From NCBI GenBank assembly GCA_051294905.1, contig CM119373.1, positions 24,738,001-24,802,000 on the forward strand: a stretch of 64,000 nt of DNA, written 5' to 3'. The DNA comes from Botryllus schlosseri. Taxonomy: Eukaryota. Positions within the stretch are counted from its first letter, which is position 1, and each line of letters begins with the position of its first letter. The notes beneath the pieces are model-generated. The model was given only the letters and a program-made list of their open reading frames with translations, was not told where the DNA came from and made no database searches. This document shows positions 52,301 through 64,000 of this stretch, one piece after another. The translations under genes and the position numbers were made by a program.

Positions 52301-55300
52301 TTACGGTTTGAGATAAAATGATCTTTTTGCGACGTTAAGTGTTCGAAAGATGAATTGAAATGCAACATCTATGCCAGAATTTTAGTGTAGTTGTGGTTTG
52401 GTCGACAGGAAAATATATAATCCCTCAAAATGAAACCAGGTCAAACTCACCAATTGATTTCATGTTTTTAATTGAATTGGTCCCTGAGGATTAGGGTTGG
52501 CAACCCACTGAAATTATTCGTTTGAATTAATATACTGACCTCGTCCATTCGTATCCTATAGTATGTATGAATCCAGGTAATCCTGGTGTGTTGAACTGTC
52601 CGCTATGGGAGCAGTTCAAGCGTATTATGACTCATAAGTCGGGACGGTTGACACAATCTCCTCCGTGTGAATCTGATGAAAATGGGGATCAATAACTTTG
52701 TATAGACTTAATTTAGTTATGGCGAACTTTTCCTTATTTCTACAGCATGCGATACCCTACAAAGTGTCAACGGATTGTCTGGACGTTCGCCACATGACGT
52801 TTACGAACCATTGCGCGGGCCACTTGAATGTTGATGACCTTTTTAGTCTTCCAACAGGAATGAACCGAATTTGGTGACGGTGAAAACAAAATCAATAAAA
52901 ATTATGACATGAAGACTCTGCGTGCAATAACGACGTAGCAGCGCGCAGCGCGAATTCCCTTTCAAGTTAACGAATGCCGATAATAATGTTACTTGCATAT
53001 ATTCCGGGGGTCGCCTCTGCATACCGCTGGGCTCATTTGGCAAGGACAGGATTATCCGGCGCTTGAACTTATAAATACCAAAGATTTCGGATAATTTGCA
53101 AAACATCGTACTTTATGGTCATGGTCATATACGACGATCTACAAAAATTGTGGCTGGTCCATGGCTACGCCAATGCGTCGGAACTGATATATATTTCAGT
53201 GATATATCATTTGCTTATCATAGAAATGTAACTATATATTTACGAACATCTGCTCTTGATGAAGACCGGGTAACATTGCAGAGTAACGTTCGTCCCTAAA
53301 GGAAGTTCTGGTTACCATGTGATAATTGCCCCGGAAGGAGGACAATGTAACAAATGTTGTGGAACGAGTGGAAAATGTTAGTCATCTACATGATTTCATC
53401 CAACATTTTGTTCTGCGTCTTTTCGGTGCCCTTACCCCACTGCAGAATAGCAAGATACGTACACCATACAACGTTATAGTATACAACTGATCCAAACTTT
53501 AACTTGGTTGCATGAACCCTATGATAAAAAGGCAATGCCATTCACACTCGAGAATTGAAGATATCATGTATCAAAAAAGATTTTGGGGCCTCCGTTTTGT
53601 TGATGTCTGTTTTGGTGCGCAGTGTGCAGTAACGTGTGAAGAATACTCTTTTAAACACTACGTGTCTCGTCCCTAATTGGATGGCAGACTTATTGATTTT
53701 ATTCGTTTATCCACACATGATAAATCTGCTGATCTCGAGATAACATATTCCAACTTGGAAAATTAGCGAATATCATTAAATGTAGTATGGTCGGATTCAA
53801 TTTACGTCCAATTTACGTCCATATATATATATATGTGTATGTATATCGGCATTGTTATCAAATGTAACTACAACCGTGCGTCGCCGGACTGAATGAAGTG
53901 ACTATGATTGTTGGTTGAGCGATGTATACCTGTTCGCAGACACAAATCTGCCAAACCATAAACCCCAAGTTGCGGAGTAGCTTTTAGTGGCAGTTACGCC
54001 ACGCATTAATGTAAGGCAGTCCAAGTTAGCAAGGTATAAGAGTGTACTTGTAGAGTCAGTAACGTTGTGAGCGTGTTGTTCCACACATAAGTGGATTCCT
54101 TATCCCTTTATGGCTGAACAAACCTGGTTGTTCATTTCATTGTCTAAAACTGTCATTAATAACTATAACAAACGATAACTATGGAGTTCCTTTGATGTGT
54201 TTGCTGTTTGTTGAGTGTGGTGGCTATGAAGTAGGCCTATACAGCAATCCGGCCAGACTGCATTACACAGCCATGGATTCACATGTATTCAGTGAATTTG
54301 ATAATACATACTGAGGTGAACCTCCTTTGCCGCCCGATACATCTACATAGGACAAGGAAAATAAAGCTCTGTCGATACCATGCACATTTGTCATTACATA
54401 TGCTGGTTATGCGGCGTGTACTGCTAAAAAAGCTATCAAGCTGCAGTGGAAAGTGGAGAAATAGCATGGGGGCGGTTTTTGCAGTTGTAACAGCTGCGCG
54501 TGTTTGATTCCGAGAATGGTCGTCCCAAGAAATGCTACCAAAATGTTACAGGTTTATCTTCTCCTAGCGACCCGACACGCCCAGACCTACTACAGTACAA
54601 TACCGGGCTCTGCTAAATGTTGACAGCTCAGAAATCATAATAAAATTACCGACCATTCTGTAAATGACCTGTGCAGTGCACCGAGAATGCTTCAACGACA
54701 ACATATAGTAACGCAGCTATGGCGTAATACATGCCCATTCCTGTTTGACAAAATCCGATTTACGGCGTTAGTAATTTGATAACCAGAAGAATCAAATCCC
54801 ACGTAGCAATAGTTCTAATGGAAACAAGTTGCTATCATATTACGCAAAAGTGCAATCATGTACGTTGCAGTACTATTCGCCTACCGGGCACCGAAGAGCA
54901 ATGTTTATGGTTTGCGTATTTATTTAATAACACCCTCGAAAGATTTATCGCGCCAACCATGAAAAATGTGATATCAAACTGTGTGCGGTGTCTGGTTGTA
55001 TACATCCTCTCAAGTGGTGCGATTTTAAATATTCCTAGACTGATGTGTTTACACGTAAGCAGGCTAATTAGTCACCCATTCCAGTTGGTGAAACTGAAGA
55101 CGCAGAGCAGGATGTGATAGGATCAGTTCAGTCGCGTTAGTTGGGCGCGCGGTGTTTGAAAATCTCTGCAGTCACGCTGTGCCAACCAACCCGTCATCCG
55201 CTACCATCAGTCATCGCGGGGTAATGGGATACGTCATCGTCACACGCAGGCATGGTCAAAGTAAATTTGGTGTAGACACTAAAGTTTTTGAGGGACAGTG

Positions 55301-58170
55301 TATCATTAGGTGATTTAACGGAAATGGATTTTGAATAAGGTACAAATTTAATCGACAATAAAAGGCATATCAAGGATACGATCGTTGTCCCTGAATTTAT
55401 ACTAGTCCTGTTGAAACAAATAAAACTTATATCTCGCATTGATGGTATTGATGAAACTCTGGTACGGGGCCAGGGGAAGAAAGGTACCAGTTGAGCCTCC
55501 AAATCTTCGACCTGGAAATTGTGATGACATACGTTGTCACTGCGTCCTAGTGAATATCTGTGGTGACACGTAATCATTCAAACTTCCACGGTGGCTACGC
55601 GGGTAATTTCAACCAACCATATCGAAACAGCGGGTATTTGAGCGCGTCCCTGTGACGTGAAATTGGTAGCCCTTCATGGTGTTTGGTTGCTTGATTATTC
55701 AAATGTTTGACCCACTATACGTAAGCTGTAGCGTATTTGATAGTTGCACTGGAATGCGATTCACTCTATCTAACAATACCATGAATAATGCTCCCACTAT
55801 GATATCAAGGCACCTGGAATTCCGGTCCAACGGAGGAACACTCGGAATTCTCTGCTCAACCGTAAGAATTGAACATGTATACTGTCTAGGCTTTCCATCA
55901 CCCAGCAATACTCCGTAAAGGAAGTCACCAGCAGAGATTAGCATAGTTAATACTTTCGAATTTACGTGCGAATTTAAATTTAGCATAGATTTCATATTGG
56001 CGCTAAATCCAAGCGTCAATTCGGTGATAATGTATTCAGAACTGGCGTGAAGGAGCGAAATCACTAGAAATTACATTATAATAAAACTTGGACGTTATCA
56101 AAATTTTCAAATGGAAATCTGTGCCGATCTTTATTGTCTGGCGACATCGTACCGAGCTTTAACTCTTCGTTACAGTTAGTAACTATCAAATCACCCCATA
56201 ACTCTACCTTTTTACGTGTGAACAGACCGGCCATTGCTTATATCACTATTCTTCTATATAAACTTGATCCATTCACATCGGATATGATGGGTGTGAAACT
56301 ATAGCGCTTTGTCACAAATGTTTTGCAAAGCCACGTTGGAAATCCGCTGAATCGATATTTTCTTTGGCAGTGTGATTTGCAGTAATCTTTAATCCCAATA
56401 ACCCGCATGTAAATAAATAAAACAAACACAGTTCTATTGCTAATCATATGTTCATCTCCGGATATTTTTACGTCACAGGGCGATTCCCGCCCGATATCAT
56501 TCTCATCACGTTATTATTAAGTCGAAATCCACGATGTAAAACTCCGGGTATCTTTTCTCAAGGTCGTTATGCCTTGATATGAACCGTGTTTGATGATAAT
56601 TTCGCGTATGTCTCATTGTGTCAAAGTTAATGATACTCTTGTATACATGGTACTGTGTCCGTGTGGTTATGGAATTCAAAGTGTGATCCGGTTTCTCCTA
56701 AAAACTCAAGAATATTTCGATGCGCGACAGCTTTGCAAGTTTCGACGACCTGCCAGTTTTCGCGACGACGTGAACTGCACGACAGCCGGAAATGTGGTGC
56801 GTCGAGTCTGGAAAGCTCATGTCATTATTGTTGTGGTACGCTGTCTTAGTAGGAAACAAGATTTGTCAGTCCCAGTGAGTCGCGCCTTTCGTTAACTGTG
56901 TACGCATAGTTAGGGCACCCGTCACGCGTGCTTTATAGGGCACTTGCAATTAGTCAAGCGAGGCCCGCTGCTGTACGGGGCAGCCTGCAATATGTTAGTA
57001 AACACAGCGACAGCGTATATCGGATGTCAAGACTAGGTTGTAACGCGCTAATCATGTTGACGAAACGGGACCATATCTTCTTGCGACACCGCTAATACAC
57101 CCGTGGCATACGGCATTACACAGAATCTCCCGGTATAATTGGTGCTCAATAATGACATACACGATAAGAATATGCGCAAATAATCTCATACGCCGAACCG
57201 GGTGCGCGATTGGCGCAAATGTGGATGCGGAATCAATAAGTATTCTAGAATTCATTTCTAATGTTTCTACGGGATAATTTAAAATGATTAAATTGAATTT
57301 GTGGATTTCAGCCAGTATTGAAACACGAATAACCGTCCCGATGTACCGATCCTGCCAATCGATTAATTCACTCATGTTGGAAATATTCAATGGATCAGAT
57401 ATGTAGATATGTGTGTGGTTTGTGAACTGTTTCACTATATCACTTTTAGACGGGAATTCCATTTTAATTTTACCCCATTGCGAACATACAGGTTGTGCTC
57501 TAGCAAGTCGCGTAAACCAAGGGTCAAGCACTGAGTTTTTTTCAGGAAAGGATACCGATTTAACATTCCTAGTCCCAATCCTAATCCCAATCAATCAGTA
57601 GTTGGCGAAATTTTGTCATTTGAACATATATAGCCTACAATAAGAGCTGTAAAAATTGCTTGATTTTGCGGCTAGGAAATTATTTTGGGTTATATGTAAA
57701 ATCGAGCAAACCACATTGACCATATGCATATCTTGTTCGTCATGATTATCATTTCCAACCGCATGTCCTCAACTGAAAGTTTGAATACATATGCGAAAAG
57801 GTCTGGTAAATGATCAAGGTTGATCAGTACCTAATTCCACTTGTTGAATTATTACGTCGAACAGTTGGAAACATAAGTTGTTTATACCGCATAAATAATT
57901 TGCATTAAGACTGAAATCCTGTATCTGCAAAGATAGCGCAAAATAGTGGTGCCGTGGTGGAATACGAACATTGTATCGTCATTGCATCAGGAACATGTTT
58001 ACTGTAATAATCAGCGGGATAAGACGTAAGCGAGGGTGCGTTTAACCTATTTCATTCACGGAAAGAAACGGTTCCACAATATACCGGCCGCAAAGTGGAA
58101 TCGCGAGCGTGTTAGGTTTTCGGAAAAAATAGTTGACGGAGAGCGAACGGAAAAAAGAGAAAGCGGAGCG

Positions 58171-58203
58171 TATAAAAAGAGCGCACTGTCGGAGTGTTCA
58201 GTT
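58171..58203 (+). promoter_or_regulatory. Core promoter of gene B: TATA box (TATAAAAA, 58171) plus Inr (TCAGTT, +1 A at 58200)
   Basis: The TATA lies 29 nt upstream of a TCAKTY-type initiator, the canonical spacing; 205 nt upstream of the ATG. Confidence 0.7.
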
Positions 58204-58249
58204 AGACGACGCTCGAAAGTATTGTAAGGGATTTGAAGTAATCTCTCGC

Positions 58250-58318
58250 ATGTACAGCGTGGAAAAGGATGTTTTTCGATTATTGAAGTCACTATTTCAG
58301 CATCATCGTTACGATTGA
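58250..58318 (+). promoter_or_regulatory. Putative uORF1 in gene B leader (22 aa, MYSVEKDVFRLLKSLFQHHRYD*)
   Basis: ATGTAC 155 nt upstream of the main ATG and downstream of the predicted TSS. Confidence 0.45.
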
Positions 58319-58330
58319 GTGTACCTGTAC

Positions 58331-58408
58331 ATGCAAAATTCTAAATTCAACCATCTTTTCAGCAGATATTCATATTGCAACCTCGATAATATAACTCTGC
58401 AGCCATGA
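58331..58408 (+). promoter_or_regulatory. Putative uORF2 (25 aa) whose TGA overlaps the main ATG (ATGA)
   Basis: ATGCAAAAT...CAGCCATGA read directly; out of frame with the main CDS. Confidence 0.4.
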
Positions 58409-58919
58409 AATTTTTTGGAGCTAACTCGAAGAGAAAGGGTGGCGAAAGCACAGCCGTTGGCGAATTCAGCTTCCACGTACCGGCGGAGGAAGTGAAGCCT
58501 TCCGGAAAACGTATCGAAGTCGAATGCTTCAAGAAGAAGCGCGAGTTCAAACCCAACATGATCAGCCAGCATCTCAACAGCCTGGAAAGTCTAAAATCCG
58601 ACACTGATGTAACATCAGACTCCGACTACGATTCGATGCCGCGATCCGAAGAGAGCGACATTTGCGTGTCGCTGAGCAAGTTCCGATTGGAAGACACTCT
58701 CCCTCATTATTACGAACGAATACCGAGTCCAGCGCATTCCGAGTGTGGCTCTTGCGAAAACACGCATCGGCGCTTGCGCGAAACCGCATCCATCGACTCT
58801 AACGACTCTATGATCGACACAGCTCAATCATCTTGCGCAGTAACGAAAGTTATGTTATTTCCCGAAGAGGAGTGGGCCAGAAACGCGAAGTCAATTCAGT
58901 GGACCATCAAATTTAATAG
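58405..58919 (+). CDS. Gene B, exon 1; full CDS join(58405..58919,59211..59496), 266 aa, intron 58920-59210 (291 bp)
   Basis: ATG in a GCAGCCATG context; donor AATAG|GTACGT at the same codon position as in gene A; shared motif blocks with gene A; higher GC than the flanks. Confidence 0.9.
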
Positions 58920-59210
58920 GTACGTTAATTTACAATGTTGGTAATCAGATGTATAGCGTACTCTCCATAGCTTACTTAGTTACTTGGTCCGTGGACATAT
59001 GACCAATTAGCATGAGATACTTGGCCATGTTGGTTAAGGTTAGGGTTGGGTGTGAGTTAAATATATAGTCATTTGTAGTTTTTCATTGATTTTCATGTCT
59101 GATGCCCCTCTATGTCTGCAAAATATGTGAGCTTCGAATTTCCCAAAATAATAACAGCAACGGGAACTTCGTTTCAATCGTGATTTTCAATCTCCCTCTC
59201 TTTTTATCAG

Positions 59211-59496
59211 ATGGTGGAAGAGTTTATGTATCGTTACCGAGACAAGCGTCGGGGGCTCGTACGTGAAATCCGCCGAAGCGAAGGTCGTCCATAACGCCGA
59301 CGGCAGCCTCACAATCACCGGCCGCTTTAAGCGCCTCGAAAACCCGGACTTTCGACTTGAGTTGTCGGCGAACTTATCGCGACACGATGTCAAACTCGGA
59401 TACGCGATGACAGGAGATTTACTGCAAGGCGATCTGCTGCAATTCGGGCACTTGGATGCTACGCACTTTGCGGCGATTAACAAAGACCAATGTTAA
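59211..59496 (+). CDS. Gene B, exon 2 (last coding exon); uncharacterised protein, paralogue of gene A
   Basis: Polypyrimidine tract and acceptor ctctctttttatcAG|ATGGTGGAAG; reads R-WWKSLCIVTETSVGGSYVKSAEAKVVHNADGSLTITGRFKRLENPDFRLELSANLSRHDVKLGYAMTGDLLQGDLLQFGHLDATHFAAINKDQC*. Confidence 0.92.
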
Positions 59497-60115
59497 GATT
59501 GCTGGCGTATCTTTATGCCAATGCGTTCTTAAGTAATGATGAATGCTTAAGTGTGGACAACGCGGGGTTGCCGGTTAATCTTTTCATCCGGCGAAGCAAC
59601 TGTCACTAAAGTTACGCTGACTCAAGTCCGAAAGTCATCCGTTACATTTCACTGTGCCTTATTTATTTTTCTTATCCTTAAACTTTACTGCTTGTCAGTG
59701 CCGAATTTAATATTTTCTCAAAATTCTATGCGCATTTTCCTCAGAACGAATATAATATTTACAAAAAAAAAACTTTACTAGCTTCTTCTACTGATGTGGC
59801 GATAAGAATGTAAGTTCACCAGTTGCATTATATCAGGTAAATGAACAGTATCTGGTTCAGGTTTTGCAGACAGCAGAAAATTGTATGTTATGTATTGAGT
59901 ATCTGCGTAGCAGCGCATTGGATTTATTCGGAGTATTGCTGCGATTCTACACGGCGTCCATTGCATCCTATGAGCCGAGACACGAATATACCATACGCTT
60001 CATTGGTTGTCGTATACATAGTCGAGTCTAGTTGGTACGTCAAAATTCGAGTCCATATCGTCTGAAGATAAATATGAAATCATCCAAATCAAAACATTGC
60101 ACCACGCATCAACAA

Positions 60116-60121
60116 AATAAA
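60116..60121 (+). other. Candidate polyadenylation signal (AATAAA) of gene B
   Basis: First AATAAA I found after the stop (~620 nt). Confidence 0.45.
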
Positions 60122-60962
60122 AGCATTCAACTGTGAAATTAGATAAGTCCGTACGGACACATTTTCTGAACAGCAAGCGACTATAGATTGGTGGGATGCA
60201 ATCAGTCGTGCTAATTTAAAGCATGCCACGCAAGACTAATCCTACAATGCCTAGCAAATCGAGAAGTAAATAATGCGATTGTGACAGCACATTGTCATTT
60301 CCGAAGTTGATTTTACACAAAACAGGTATTTTCCAATTCTATTCAAGAGTCCTCGCTTGCAAAAGGATAATTCTGGTATATGTATAAAAGTTTCGAAATC
60401 CTTTTGTTTCCTATTCAGCACGAATTGTAGATAAAAGCTCATATCCTGCAATGCCTGGTTACAATCCGATTTAGATATGTATTTGTTGATCTTAGCACAA
60501 GTCGATGTTTTGCGATTACAACGTCTGCAGAGATGTAGTTTAGTGTCAAATAATGATGCCTTGCACACCGGCCGCCGTAGTTGATGTTTTGCCGCGTTCG
60601 AGACAGTGTTATGGGCAATCATATCAAGGCTAATCCTCGCCGACATAATCCGGACATGACGCTAAATACTTTGATGTCAAATGCAAATATCAAACATAAG
60701 ATCACGGTAGAAATGTGTATATTGTTTTTGACATGTCCGAGAGTATATAGTAAGTCGTAGATCGTGAGTTTTTTGGATTATATTGGGCACAAAGTACTTT
60801 GCTTTCGAAAAACATTCTGCAGCCGAATATCCTTGATTTGCTGCTTCGGTAATCAGCACTCAATAACGACTCGGCAAATCACCTTTGCAGGCATATTGTA
60901 GCAGAGGCGGAATCATGGCACGTGTATCGGTCCCGAATTCGATATGGTTGAATCCGGTCCGG

Positions 60963-61249
60963 GTTATTGTTGGTTGTGGTATTCGTGGTCTTTGTCGATT
61001 ACTATTGCCATTTAAACCAGGGCAATTTTCTCCAATTTTCTCCAGTAGCTACCGACTTGTAGCAAGGTACAATTCTAGGCTTTAGTAAGGTACAACTTAC
61101 ACGGATGAATTGGCGAGGACGAGCCCAGATAAATCTCCAACATTAAGTAGGAATTCTGGAGTCGACCTCGGTCGGACTCGAGCCCGCAACCCATTGGTGT
61201 TGAAGCTGTGGATTATACCACTACGCTATCTCACAATGCGGGACCAGGT
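60963..61249 (-). mobile_element. tRNA-derived SINE, near full-length copy
   Basis: Minus strand GATAGCGTAGTGGTATAATCCACAGC...GGGTTGCGGGCTCGAGTCC (B box has one substitution), ending in an ACCAACAATAA tail; homologous to 24911-25153. Confidence 0.75.
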
Positions 61250-63679
61250 TATTGAATCTTCATTTAAGCCCGAAAGCTTCACATTGCTCATTCGCAGAGG
61301 GATCATTCTGTCAGACTCAAGCTTAAAAGTTTCCAAAGTCGATCCCGACCGAATTTCCACCACTGTGGTGTGGATAAGCACATCGAGCCCTTTGAACACC
61401 AAAGTAGAGTACATTCTTTAAATAAGGAATCGGGAGGTATACTAGAGCCAAGTGTTGTTTTGTCAGAATTGGAATCACAACGGAAAATGACACGTCGAGA
61501 TTAATTGAGCGTAGTTAACTCCTATCCTGCATGTCAGGTTTTAATGAAGTTTTACACCTAATACTGAAAACAAAACTTTCATTAACTGTTATCGAGCGTA
61601 ATTCACCGCAAGTTAATAGAATTATACAAAGAAATGACGGACATTCAAATCTCGCATTCGTTTGAAAAATTTAGTAAACCAACACAGGCGTAGCCACAGG
61701 GCTGTAAATTACCCTTGTATATCAGTTGATAATAACACACGTACTGCAGTTGGCAGCGAAATTGCACATCGAAATCTAGATACGCATCTGTATCTTTTTC
61801 GAATTAGTCGCTCATGATTGACAAGTGGATTTTTCGCTTACACACAAATGTACGTGTCGTCTATCACGTATGTAGTGCTGCAATATTCAAATTTGTATGG
61901 TTTTGTTATGTATGGGTTTATAGTGCAACAATTCAATGATTTCAATCCCTGGATTTCTATGTTGTTTAAATGCCTTTATTGCGGTTTATATGTGCAAGTG
62001 CATGTGCATGCGAAATATGCACGGCCTCGACACTGATATATAAGTGGTACTCAAGAATTCTGAATGAGAATGATGTATATATAGGATATGTGGGAAATTA
62101 TAGGATATGTGTGATTGTCACAGCCTTTTCGTGCAAAAATAGAAATATTCTGTATTTGTCACAATATTTTGTCTAAAATTATTTCGTGGCCAAGCGCGTC
62201 GATATAAATATAGTCGTTTAGAATACATTTCTCTGTCTGGAAAATTATTCATTCAGATTCGGACGCAACTCATACCTCCCTACAGAAATACTTTCGATCG
62301 ACTTATGTAAGTGGCCGAGTGTCGTATGATGTTATCACAATCTAATTGGAACCGTCACAACTGGTAGGTTGGTATCCTGTCTTAGGCACGAACTTGTATC
62401 TCCTTTTCGTCATATCTATTCATTATAGGTAACGACATATCTGTGGCATGGCGTCTTTGTCGAAAATAAGTATTTACCGTGCCAAAAGAAAACTCATGTT
62501 GCCAAATTTATACCGATACTCATGTACATATTACCGTTTGTTGTGATATCTCAGCGTGGCAGTATTTTTCGCCCGTTTCCTATTTGGAATCCTTGTCAGT
62601 AGTAATGCGAGAGGCTTAAGCTATGCAGAACCGAACTATCAATGCCAATGCTCTGCGAATGAGTTATTTTAGATATAACATACCCGGTAATCTTATACCG
62701 CTTGGAAGCTAACTCGATGTTTCATTTATTTGAATTGAGTCGATTGCTAATACATATTGTTTTTTATATGTCCCGTATCAGCATATTTGATCTTCGTAAT
62801 GATTCATATTTGGTGGTGTAACGGTGATATTTCTATACTCATACCGGCATGAAATGCGAAAATGGTGTATATATCAAACAATAAATACTTCAAAGTGCAA
62901 TATGCCTTCAGTTCAGTTTGTTCAAGCGAAGTGGCCATCGTAGATCAGTGCCTCGATATCTGTTCGTTCATTGTACCTGCTATTATTGAACGTCGGTCAT
63001 GGTATGGACTTGGCTATCCCGCACTTTGATTTCAAAGTTGTTTGCTTAGATTAACTCGCAGTGCTGAGTTTAGGAGTCCATGGACGGCATTAACATATAA
63101 AGTTCGTGAAAGCTATTTCCAGAAACAAAACCGTGTGATAATGATGATATCAATTGGAACACCTGCCTTAACTATATCTCGCCTATTGTGAGATGTAAGG
63201 TCAGAAGTTTGAACTGATTTGCGCAGGCACGCGTATTTCACTATAGAGACGTAAGCAATGTCGGATATTCATGCAAAATATTTACCGTGGTTACCTACTC
63301 CCATGGGACTAAAACAGAAGTAGTTTTACTTTCTTAAGGTGTTCATTAACTCCGTCACGATAAAATGACAGATGACAGACCATACCAATCACGGTTTGAT
63401 GTATTCAATATTAGTAAAGGTTCATGAATAATATCGGATGTAGAGAAGGGGAGAGGTTTCAACATAGTGAAATATTCACAGACTAATTATATAATTATAG
63501 TGGATAGCAACAAAATCGGAACGGCGGCTAAAGGATTTTTTGTGAATTGCTGCTATCATAGAATAACAGCTTCTGGCGCCACTTTCAATATGCTTTACAT
63601 ATCACTGTAGCTCCGAATTATATTTATGCCATAAAGATTGCGTTGGTATCAACGTGACGTGACCCTTCAGCCTTTACAC

Positions 63680-64000
63680 CAGTGGCTCTCAAATTGGAGG
63701 GAGCGTCCAACTTAGGGGCGAGAAAGTATACCAAAAGGGGGGCGCGAATCCTCGGTCAACTGAAAATCTTTTCCGCGTTCCGCACGATTTACCTCCAATT
63801 CATAGTTATTGCTCTGTGTAGATTCTGAATTTCCTATTTAGGAATTCTCTCACCAATATATAGTCATAACCTTCCATGCCATCAAACTATCCGTTGGGAA
63901 TGCTGGCATTGTGGTTGCAAGTTGTAGTATGATGATAAGTGGGCGCGAAATTTTTCTCTATGATCAAGGGGGGCGTGTCCAAAAAAGTTTGAGAATCACT
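63680..64000 (+). mobile_element. Charlie-type MITE, ~327-bp family, copy 3 (runs to the window edge)
   Basis: CAGTGGCTCTCAAATT ... AGTTTGAGAATCACT; homologous to copies 1 and 2; the right TSD lies outside the window. Confidence 0.85.

Noticed and set aside
55194-56064. ORFs of 127 and 121 aa on the minus strand
   Set aside because: No motif, non-ATG starts, and composition like the flanking non-coding DNA.
58309-59483. Minus-strand ORFs overlapping gene B (58309-58572, 58359-58604, 58574-58789, 58615-58827, 59187-59483)
   Set aside because: Antisense shadows of a GC-richer coding region; no independent signals.
59497-60121. AU-rich instability elements in the gene B 3' UTR
   Set aside because: A few isolated ATTTA pentamers are expected at this AT content; no overlapping nonamer clusters.
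60251-60859. Minus-strand ORFs (131 aa and 60 aa) as exons of a convergent neighbouring gene
   Set aside because: No recognisable domain and no convincing splice sites linking them; lengths are compatible with chance.

Overview
Eukaryotic, AT-rich (roughly 38-40% GC by eye) genomic DNA with no obvious CpG depletion, most likely from an invertebrate animal. An ascidian or similar is plausible but cannot be shown from sequence alone. Only two protein-coding genes are supportable. They are two-exon paralogues of an unrecognised family (~260 and ~266 aa) with the same phase-2 intron position, and they sit head-to-head about 51 kb apart: gene A on the minus strand at 5466-7121 and gene B on the plus strand at 58405-59496. 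The gene-free spacer holds one intact tRNA-Gln(CTG), a decayed CR1/L2-type LINE relic and many hAT DNA transposons/MITEs with 8-bp target-site duplications, densest at 35.6-42.7 kb. Two tRNA-derived SINE copies lie in the spacer and a third lies downstream of gene B. One transposon is a fold-back element built from two copies of the same transposon end. Perfect CRE palindromes (TGACGTCA) look strongly over-represented, and both paralogues carry an upstream ATG at almost the same distance (-154/-155) from the main start. The best candidate for an undescribed system is a bZIP/CREB-driven, uORF-controlled divergent gene pair encoding an uncharacterised conserved C-terminal domain. This is inference and needs testing. 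Almost all other ORFs in the supplied track look spurious.
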